Of a stretch of 64,000 bases of DNA, positions 56,321 to 64,000 are shown piece by piece (the first letter of the stretch is position 1; each line of letters begins with the position of its first letter). Source of the stretch: Parcubacteria group bacterium (GTDB taxonomy: Bacteria; Patescibacteriota; Patescibacteriia; UBA2169); the NCBI GenBank assembly GCA_016181765.1, contig JACOYR010000004.1, positions 35,320-99,319 of the forward strand, given 5' to 3'. The translations under genes were made by a program, and so were the position numbers. Under the pieces are notes generated by a model. The model did not search any database, was not told where the DNA came from, and saw only the letters and a program-made list of their open reading frames with translations.

Positions 56321-58735
56321 ATGAGCGGACTTCTGAAAGAACTGCTGGAAATCCTCCTGGGATTCCTGCGGTTTGACTTCCGGGTCACGTGGGCAGTCGC
56401 ATCCGGCGCCGCCAGGCGCCTGTTTGTCTCCATCGGCATTGAGCTCATCGCCATCGTGGCCTTCGCCGCCCTGGCGCAGTTCAATCCGTACTGGTATCTG
56501 GCCTGCGCCGGTGCCACTCTGGCCATCTCCGTGTACCAGTACGCGTTTCTCGCGGCAATCACGATTCCCATGGCCGCGAATTTCGCGCTTGAGCATCAGC
56601 TCTCGCTGGTCCTGGTCCAGATTCTGGGTGCGGCCCAAGTGCCGCTCGCCAAAATCGCAACTGCGGTAGCCGAGTTCCGGGGGAAGATCGGCCAGATCAT
56701 CGCCCAGCCCGAAGGGGAAATCGGCGATTCCATCATGACGCTCCTCCTCCAAGTTGTAAGGCCATTGGAGCTGCCGAACGCCATCGTGAACCTGGCCGCG
56801 GATCCCATGATCGCGGTTATCAGGGCCGTGGACAAATCCATCCAGGAGCTGCCCGGAAAAACCTGGCAGCAAATCAAAAAGGTTGCCGGCCCGGTGCTCT
56901 CCGGCTTCCTGGTGTTCCAGTGGTTCAGTGTCGCCGGATGGGCGCTGCTCGCGGCGAGCCCGCCCGCCATCGTGTGGGCTCCGATATTCGCGGCAGCAGT
57001 CGGCGCGATTCTCACGCTGCTCGCGATTCCAAGCCGCAAAGAACAACACCCGCGCACGCGGTTTGAGAATGCCATGCTCTGGGTGCTCGGTGTGTCTCTC
57101 GTGTACGCAGCCTACATGTACTACGATGAATCGCTGTTCGTGCTCCCGCTGCTCGTGGTGCCGATCATGGCCGCACTCCTCTTTGCCCTCGCGTGTTGGG
57201 GATTGCGGTTTGGAGGCAGCATGCTGGTACTGGTTGTGGGTGTATGGGGCATTGTCTCGCCCCAGCACTGGCTCGCAACCCGGAACTCGTTCGGCGGCTT
57301 GAACCAGAGCGCGCCCGAGTACGCGGAAGTGCGCAATCCCTGCCAGGCGTACCAGCCTGGCCGCGGCAGGACCTACGTCCGTGATCCGACCATCAAGCCC
57401 CTCAAAGAGGGAGATGTATTGCGGCTCGCGCGCAGCTCTTCGTTTGAGTCTCCGACAAGCGATTCAAAAGACAACCTCTGGCTGGAAATGGTTGGAGTGG
57501 TTGATGTTGCCACGGGTATGGTTGACCCAGGCGCCAAGAACTTCTGGGTACCCTTGGGCTACGTCAAGCAAACCGGCTGGGATCCTGCGGAGGTGGCAGT
57601 CGGCGCAACCGGAGGCGCGCAGGGCGCCTTGCCCTACAATCCCTACGCCATCTGGGACCAGACCGCAGAACCGCCGGTCAAAGTGGCAAGCTTCAACCCG
57701 GGGTTGGACGCGCCCGCCGAAGTGCGGCCCAACACCACTCCGCTCATGCACCCGCTCGGCGACTACCGCATCACGCCCATTGTCTACTATGGCACCATCC
57801 GGCAACGGGACGGCATGCGGAACTGGAGCGATGTGTTCCCGGCTTCCGTTGGCACGCCAGTGCGCGCTGGCGCGGCAGGAACCGTGATCGCCGTGCATCC
57901 GGCCAAACGCCACGAGGTAAGCGCTATCGTGCTTCGCCACGACAACAGTGAACGAGGCACGTTCTACACGCGCTACCTGGAGGTGGGCACGATCCTGGTT
58001 GCCGTGGGAAACACAGTCAGCCAGGGAGATACTATCGCGCGATCCGACGGCAGGCCCGGAGCCAGCGGTACAATGAGCGACGCGCAAGAACCCCACATCG
58101 GGTTTGAGGTGTGGGCCGTCGTAGAGGGTCCCAACACCTGGTTTCCGGTGGACACTATGCGGTGGATCAATGGAGTGGCCGCCCAGAAAGTGGTGATAGC
58201 GCCCCAGGAATTCACCGCCTACCCCCTGTACCCCATCCCCGGAACCGAAGACGAGTATGAGGTTCCGGTCAACCGGCCCGTAAGTATTCTCGCGGACCGC
58301 GTACGGTTGGGGAATCTAGTGGACATCCGGGTTCTCTCTCCAGAAGCGGGCTATGTCATCAACGGCCGGGAGGAACACCGCGCCTACTTCCGGGAGCCCA
58401 TCGCGCTGTTGGGCAAACCGTACCCCAAGGTCAAGGGTACGGACGCGTTCGTGTGGCAGACCTACTCCTTCTACACGGACCACGAACAGGCAAAGTACGG
58501 CCAGCTCATTGCCGGCATCAACGGCTTTGAGACTGCGTATGGCCTGCACTACGGCGCAACGAGGTTCACGGCGGAGGAAGACGGCGCCGTCTGCATCGGC
58601 ATCAACGAGGCGGTGGGCATCCGCGCGAATAACGAGCGCTTGGTGGATGCGTCCGCCGACAACTACGTCAGGGACTCAACCCGTGATGTGGTCCGCGTCA
58701 AGGTCGCCATCAGGCGCGGCGGTTCCGCAATCTGA
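56321..58735 (+). CDS. polytopic membrane protein with SH3-like, degenerate M23/LytM and lectin-like domains
   Basis: About 8 TM segments; GTPVRAGAAGTV, VAVGNTVSQGDTIA, EPHIGFEV; C-terminal GQLIAGING...CIGINE...DN. Confidence 0.75.
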   Translation: MSGLLKELLEILLGFLRFDFRVTWAVASGAARRLFVSIGIELIAIVAFAALAQFNPYWYLACAGATLAISVYQYAFLAAITIPMAANFALEHQLSLVLVQILGAAQVPLAKIATAVAEFRGKIGQIIAQPEGEIGDSIMTLLLQVVRPLELPNAIVNLAADPMIAVIRAVDKSIQELPGKTWQQIKKVAGPVLSGFLVFQWFSVAGWALLAASPPAIVWAPIFAAAVGAILTLLAIPSRKEQHPRTRFENAMLWVLGVSLVYAAYMYYDESLFVLPLLVVPIMAALLFALACWGLRFGGSMLVLVVGVWGIVSPQHWLATRNSFGGLNQSAPEYAEVRNPCQAYQPGRGRTYVRDPTIKPLKEGDVLRLARSSSFESPTSDSKDNLWLEMVGVVDVATGMVDPGAKNFWVPLGYVKQTGWDPAEVAVGATGGAQGALPYNPYAIWDQTAEPPVKVASFNPGLDAPAEVRPNTTPLMHPLGDYRITPIVYYGTIRQRDGMRNWSDVFPASVGTPVRAGAAGTVIAVHPAKRHEVSAIVLRHDNSERGTFYTRYLEVGTILVAVGNTVSQGDTIARSDGRPGASGTMSDAQEPHIGFEVWAVVEGPNTWFPVDTMRWINGVAAQKVVIAPQEFTAYPLYPIPGTEDEYEVPVNRPVSILADRVRLGNLVDIRVLSPEAGYVINGREEHRAYFREPIALLGKPYPKVKGTDAFVWQTYSFYTDHEQAKYGQLIAGINGFETAYGLHYGATRFTAEEDGAVCIGINEAVGIRANNERLVDASADNYVRDSTRDVVRVKVAIRRGGSAI

Positions 58736-58838
58736 ATCACATATCAACTAGGAGGGGAAACACAAAAACAAAAACACAAAACATATGCGGCGTAACGCTC
58801 GCATATGTTCGTTCGTTCCACTGCGCCAATGCAGTCGG

Positions 58839-58892
58839 TCCCCCGCCTATTGATAGGTCAAGTCTGATCTCTCAAGCGGGGGATCTTTTTTT
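58839..58892 (+). terminator. intrinsic terminator
   Basis: TCCCCCGC...GCGGGGGA followed by TCTTTTTTT. Confidence 0.7.
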
Positions 58893-58927
58893 ACGCAAAT
58901 TTCCTCAAGGGTTTCCCTCTCAATTTC

Positions 58928-60013
58928 CTATTTCCTGCTCCGCTTCTCCCACGCAACGAGCAGGGGGGACGCGAGGAAGATGGACGAGTAGGTTCCGGCA
59001 ACCACGCCGATCATCAGAGCCAGCACAAAGTTCTTGATGGACTCCCCGCCGAAGAGGTACACCGCGAGCAGAACAACGAACGTGGTAAGGGCTGTAAACA
59101 CGGACCTGCGGACAGTTTCGTTGACGCTCGTGTTCACGATCCATTCAAACTCGTGCTTCCAGTGGTCGCGGGACAAATTCTCCCGCGTCCTGTCAAACAC
59201 CACAATGGTGTCATTCACTGAGTACCCGAGGATGGTTAAAAGCGCCGTCACAAACAGGATGTCCACCTCAACGCCCGCAAGCTTTCCCAACACCGCGAAT
59301 ATGCCCGTGGGGATTGCCACGTCATGGATGAGAGCAATAATTGCGGTGATGCCGTACTTCCAGCTGGAGACGGGCTTGGACACTTTCCGGAACGCCCAGG
59401 CAATGTAGAGTATAATGGAAATAATCACCGCAATGATGGCGTACGCGGACTTCTGCTTGAGCTCCTGCCCAATGGTCGGGCCGATTGACTCAAACCTATC
59501 TTCACTTACAAGCACAAGCCCGCCAATGGTAGTGACCGGCGATGAGATAACCGCTCCCCCGTCGCCCTCAACCTGAATGTCAACGGGGTTGCCCTGGCTG
59601 TCAGTTGCCTGAATCTTGGGTACTCCGGCAGGAGCGCTCTCTGGCTTGGCAGCCTCTTTGGAGCGTTCACTCTCGGGCAGTTGGCCAGCGAACTCCGTAT
59701 TCAAGCGCCCCGCAATGGCCTGGTGCTCTTCCTCGCTTATATCCCGAAACCGCAGTAAAAACCCATGCTCCCCGGTTTTCTGGACCTGCACTGAATCAAT
59801 AAGTTTTGTTCCATTCTCATCAGGGCGGGTGAGTATTTCGGCGATGGATGCGGCATCAGCCTCAATCCGCTCGTCAACCGTAATTTCCAAGAGCGATCCG
59901 CCCGTAAAATCAATGCCCAAGCGCAAGCCGAATACCGCAACCGCAAGAACGCTTGCTCCGACGAGCACCCCTGAAATGGCGAAATAGATGTTGCTGTGCT
60001 TGATGATTTGCAT
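58928..60013 (-). CDS. secF: protein translocase subunit SecF
   Basis: LGIDFTGG, IGPTIG, HDV, GYSVNDTIVVFDR, GTYSSIF. Confidence 0.96.
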   Translation of the reverse strand: MQIIKHSNIYFAISGVLVGASVLAVAVFGLRLGIDFTGGSLLEITVDERIEADAASIAEILTRPDENGTKLIDSVQVQKTGEHGFLLRFRDISEEEHQAIAGRLNTEFAGQLPESERSKEAAKPESAPAGVPKIQATDSQGNPVDIQVEGDGGAVISSPVTTIGGLVLVSEDRFESIGPTIGQELKQKSAYAIIAVIISIILYIAWAFRKVSKPVSSWKYGITAIIALIHDVAIPTGIFAVLGKLAGVEVDILFVTALLTILGYSVNDTIVVFDRTRENLSRDHWKHEFEWIVNTSVNETVRRSVFTALTTFVVLLAVYLFGGESIKNFVLALMIGVVAGTYSSIFLASPLLVAWEKRSRK

Positions 60014-60019
60014 AGGATA

Positions 60020-61714
60020 TTAGGCGCCCCAGAGCCACCTCTGCTTGGAGAGCCATCTGCTGCGGCCCGCGAATTCAATAAACACGCGCGTGATGATGAT
60101 GGCGCTGAACATGGAAACCAGGACCCCGATGCCGAGCGTAATGGCAAAGCCCTTTACCACGCTGGAACCGAACCACGCGAGGATCAGGCACGTGATGAGC
60201 GTTGATGCGTTTGAGTCGCGGATGGAATTCCACGCGCGGTCAAAGGCAACCCCAACCGCGTGCCCGAACGCATTGCCCAGGCGCAGCTCTTCCCGGAGCC
60301 GCTCAAAAATCAAAACATTCGCGTCCACGGCCATGCCGATGGAGAGCAAGAACCCGGCAATGCCGGCCAAGGTCAGGGTGACGGGAATGAGCTTGAAAAA
60401 CGAAAACACGATTGCCGCGTACCACACGAGCGCGAGAACGGCGAGCAAGCCCGCGGCCCGATAGATGCCGAGCATGAGGAGCCCTACGAGCGCGAATCCG
60501 ATTAAGCCCGCGGTAATGCTCTTTGCAACCGAGGCAGTGCCAAGCGTGGGGCCCACGGTCTGCTGGGAAATGAGGTTAATGGGCACGGGCAATGCCCCGG
60601 CGTTCAAGCGTTCCACGAGCTCGCGCGCCTCGGGAATAGTGAAATTTCCGGTGATGACCGCCTGGCCGCCCGGGATCCGGTTCTGCACCACGGGCGCGGA
60701 AATCAAACCTCCGTCAAGAAAAATGCCAATGCGCTTTCCCACGTTTTTGTCCGTGAGCTCTTCAAACAGCCTGGCTCCCTCATCATCAAACTGCAAGCCG
60801 ACCTGGCTGGCCCCGGAGTAGCTGTCAAACTGCACTTCACTGCGATTGAGCTGCTTGCCGCCGAGCTCGGTTTGGGCCCAGGGCTGGTAGTCCGGCACGT
60901 CCCCTTCCAGGCTCTGGGTGCGGAACAGGATGTGCCGTGCGCGCACCTCTTCCGCTTCAAAACCCGTATCATCCGTAACCACGCGCGATTCCAGGCGCTG
61001 GATGATGTGGTACCCGAACTCGGTTTCAACGGGCTCAAGCGTGGTTTCGCCTTCCCCGACAAGCTCGCCATAGAGCACGTCCCCGAAGGGCTTCACTAAA
61101 AGTTCACGCCGCATGAAACCCAAATCCCCGCCCGCTTGCGCGCTGCCCGGGTCCTCGGAGAGTTCAGTCGCAAGCTCCGCAAAGTTCTGGCCTTGCGCAT
61201 CTATGATTTTCTGGATGGTTTCTTCGGCTTTCTTGAACTGGGAAGCGTTGAACTGCTCGCGCTTTGCCCGTTCTTCCGCGCTTACGGGCACTGGTTCCGG
61301 AGCAATGGCTTCGGTCTTAAATTCCAAGAGCGGGGTTGCGCCGATCTGGCGAATGGCTTCGTTGACATCAAACACGCCGGCAAGCTCCACAATGATGCGC
61401 AGGTGCTCACCAACTTTCGCGGTCTGCACCACGGGCTCGGAAACGCCCAGGGCATTGACTCTCGCCTCTATGACGTCGCGCACTCCGGAAATCGCGGTCT
61501 CGGCGTCATCCAGCCCAACCTGGGACGTGTCAGCCTCATAGACGAGATGCGCGCCTCCCTGCAAATCAAGCCCCAGGTGGGTCCTGAACCGCTCAAACCA
61601 GTACTTTGCCGGCCATTTCGCGGGGAGCGTGTCAAGAAAAATAGACCCGGAAATAAATCCAAGGACTATGATGAGCGCGAATAGTATCCAAACTTGTTGC
61701 CGGGTGCTAGCCAT
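60020..61714 (-). CDS. secD: SecD with inserted parvulin PPIase domain
   Basis: LGLDLQGG, GALPV, VGPTLG, MAVDANVLIFER; insert SEDPGSAQAGGDLG...TEFGYHII...RARHIL. Confidence 0.95.
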   Translation of the reverse strand: MASTRQQVWILFALIIVLGFISGSIFLDTLPAKWPAKYWFERFRTHLGLDLQGGAHLVYEADTSQVGLDDAETAISGVRDVIEARVNALGVSEPVVQTAKVGEHLRIIVELAGVFDVNEAIRQIGATPLLEFKTEAIAPEPVPVSAEERAKREQFNASQFKKAEETIQKIIDAQGQNFAELATELSEDPGSAQAGGDLGFMRRELLVKPFGDVLYGELVGEGETTLEPVETEFGYHIIQRLESRVVTDDTGFEAEEVRARHILFRTQSLEGDVPDYQPWAQTELGGKQLNRSEVQFDSYSGASQVGLQFDDEGARLFEELTDKNVGKRIGIFLDGGLISAPVVQNRIPGGQAVITGNFTIPEARELVERLNAGALPVPINLISQQTVGPTLGTASVAKSITAGLIGFALVGLLMLGIYRAAGLLAVLALVWYAAIVFSFFKLIPVTLTLAGIAGFLLSIGMAVDANVLIFERLREELRLGNAFGHAVGVAFDRAWNSIRDSNASTLITCLILAWFGSSVVKGFAITLGIGVLVSMFSAIIITRVFIEFAGRSRWLSKQRWLWGA

Positions 61715-61940
61715 GATGCTGTTTCATCTCAAAATCTTCCAAAACATCCCCTTCAGAGAGCCCTTTCCCTTTGAGCGCCTCGCGTACGGTTCGCGCGCCC
61801 GCGAGGAATGTATCCTTTTTCAACAACAAAATTCGGTGCTTAAGGGCATCCTCAACAAACGACTTCTCGCTCGCATAGCCATGCGCTTTTGCAGCGGAAG
61901 AAACCTCTTTTTCCAATGTTTCTGATAAAGTAACAACCAT
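61707..61940 (-). CDS. small RHH/CopG-like protein
   Basis: VTLSETL...GYASEKSFVEDAL pattern. Confidence 0.55.
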   Translation of the reverse strand: MVVTLSETLEKEVSSAAKAHGYASEKSFVEDALKHRILLLKKDTFLAGARTVREALKGKGLSEGDVLEDFEMKQHHG

Positions 61941-61954
61941 ATGAGCTTATAGTA

Positions 61955-62182
61955 TCATAATATGCACTTACCGGCAATGTACTCAAATCTTTTTACGTTG
62001 CGGCCGTCCACTTCCACTTCTCCCATAAACATCGCCAAAGGCCGCACCCATAAACGGGACGCTGTATTGTTATAAAGCGCTTCATACACCACAAGGTCTT
62101 CCAGGGTTTCGCTGTGCTTTGCCGGCCCGATAACCCGATACTCGCCGCCCTTGTAGTGCCTGTATATTCCTAATGCAAGCAT
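61955..62182 (-). CDS. DUF1653 protein
   Basis: GIYRHYKG, HSETLE, WVRPLAMF. Confidence 0.9.
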   Translation of the reverse strand: MLALGIYRHYKGGEYRVIGPAKHSETLEDLVVYEALYNNTASRLWVRPLAMFMGEVEVDGRNVKRFEYIAGKCIL

Positions 62183-62183
62183 G

Positions 62184-62792
62184 TTATTTCCTTCCGATAA
62201 TCTGCAGCCAAGTGGTTTTATGCATTGGCGTGGCAGATTCAAATACTGCTTCCATACCAAGTTCTTTTAGATAGCCGCGCAATTCTTCCTTGGTAAAATA
62301 ACTGAAAAACCGTTCGTATTGGTATCCATAACCCTCCTCAACCACAACCTGTTCCTCGTCCTGCCCCTCCCACTTCTCTTTGACTGCAATGTAGAGATGT
62401 CCGCCTTTTTTCAATCGGCTGGCCAGGCCTTTCAGTACGGCAATGACTTCTTTTTTTGGAATGTGCAGAAGTGAAGCTTGGCTAAAAATTCCATCAAACT
62501 CCCGCTCAAGCGTTCCGGCATCTTTCATGTCTATCACTAAAAACTCAACACCCGGAACGTCCCGCTTGGCGATTTCAATCAGCTTATCGGAAAAATCAAT
62601 GCCTAAAACACACAGTCCTTTTTCCGAAAGATATTTTGATTTAACACCCGCGCCGCAACCCACGTCCAGCACAGAACCGCCTTTCGGCAAAAACGAAACA
62701 AACGCATCTGTTCCCTCAACCCACCATGAATCACTCTTATGATCTTTATACCAATCTTCCGCGATTCGATTGTAGGTGTCTTTAAGATTCAT
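62184..62792 (-). CDS. class I SAM-dependent methyltransferase
   Basis: VLDVGCGAG, GIDFS, ASLLH, LKKGG. Confidence 0.9.
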   Translation of the reverse strand: MNLKDTYNRIAEDWYKDHKSDSWWVEGTDAFVSFLPKGGSVLDVGCGAGVKSKYLSEKGLCVLGIDFSDKLIEIAKRDVPGVEFLVIDMKDAGTLEREFDGIFSQASLLHIPKKEVIAVLKGLASRLKKGGHLYIAVKEKWEGQDEEQVVVEEGYGYQYERFFSYFTKEELRGYLKELGMEAVFESATPMHKTTWLQIIGRK

Positions 62793-63213
62793 GCGAGCCG
62801 CCTATCTTTGTTAAAAATTCAGTCGGCGCAACAATGGGAATGCCATCAAATGACCCCAACTCCAGGAGGTGGCGGTCTCCGGAAACGATAAAGGAAGCCC
62901 GGGCCGCAAGCGCGCAGGATAAGAACTTGTCGTCTTTTGGATCCTCGGCAACCACATCAATCGGAAACCGCTCTCCCGGAACGTACTCTGCTACCTCCCA
63001 AAACTCCTCTACCAAAGCCTGCGGCGTTTTTCCGATTGACGCAAATACGCGCGTGAACTTTGGCCGGTTGAGCACGTCCAGCAGCTCATCCATTGTATCC
63101 CGCGACACGCACAGGGTAATGACTCCTGACCGCGCAAACTCAAAAATGTCGCTCGTGCTCCCGCGCCACAGCAACGCTGATACCAAAACGTTCGTGTCCA
63201 GCACTACGCGCAT
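62782..63213 (-). CDS. PIN-domain toxin
   Basis: VVLDTNVLVSA, DPKDDKF, IVSGDRHLL. Confidence 0.9.
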   Translation of the reverse strand: MRVVLDTNVLVSALLWRGSTSDIFEFARSGVITLCVSRDTMDELLDVLNRPKFTRVFASIGKTPQALVEEFWEVAEYVPGERFPIDVVAEDPKDDKFLSCALAARASFIVSGDRHLLELGSFDGIPIVAPTEFLTKIGGSHES

Positions 63214-63221
63214 ACCAACTG

Positions 63222-63467
63222 CTATGGCCGCCCGGAACGAACCTCACGAACCGTGTCATCAATATCTTTTGCCGTAATGCCCCTCCCCGCGGACTTAAGC
63301 TTTTTCCAGGTCTTCCAAAATTCCGGCTCCGGCTCCGGCACCCGCTTGAGCGTAATCATGTCTTCCGATGAAATCATAAGCACGTCAGCGCCTTCCCAGG
63401 ACTTTTGCAGATCCTTGGGCAAAAAATCCACTTTGTCCTTATCAAGTTTTACCGTCTGCGTGGTCAT
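63222..63467 (-). CDS. putative antitoxin
   Basis: Small gene directly upstream of the PIN toxin; ends IDDTVREVR. Confidence 0.6.
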   Translation of the reverse strand: MTTQTVKLDKDKVDFLPKDLQKSWEGADVLMISSEDMITLKRVPEPEPEFWKTWKKLKSAGRGITAKDIDDTVREVRSGRP

Positions 63468-63520
63468 AGTATCTGTATGATACCAATTGTTAGGGGTGGT
63501 GTCCAGCGTGCGCAAGCATA

Positions 63521-64000
<480 letters not shown>

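Noticed and set aside
46850-58925. Prophage or integrative element
   Set aside because: No integrase, structural genes, tRNA or flanking direct repeats seen.

Overview
Chromosomal window of a reduced-genome bacterium. The gene content and arrangement (DUF4012, compact type IV pilus locus, short L13, core genes mostly without SD motifs, standard code 11) suggest Patescibacteria/CPR; this is inference. Core blocks: holB-mreB, a glycosyltransferase/O-antigen ligase/flippase cluster, the infA-rpmJ-rpsM-rpsK-rpsD-rpoA-rplQ-rplM-rpsI operon, mraY-murD-ftsW-murG-murC, a pilB/C/minor pilin/pilMNO cluster with corA, and secA-secD-secF. There are two accessory regions. (1) An AT-rich cargo island at about 29.0-37.4 kb truncates an hsdS gene, is bounded by short inverted repeats and contains an attC-like site. 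(2) A GC-rich island at about 46.9-58.9 kb is the best candidate for an undescribed system. It holds a 1049-aa tubulin/FtsZ-like protein, a vWA lipoprotein and an SPFH-like coiled-coil protein, divergent from an operon ending in a polytopic protein with an apparently inactive M23 domain. Other notable signals: a probable remote DGR target gene, palindromic repeats inserted in frame inside proteins, an RpoA lacking its CTD, a parvulin PPIase inserted in SecD, and leaderless versus SD/boxA-led gene classes. All domain calls come from motif recognition by eye, not database searches.
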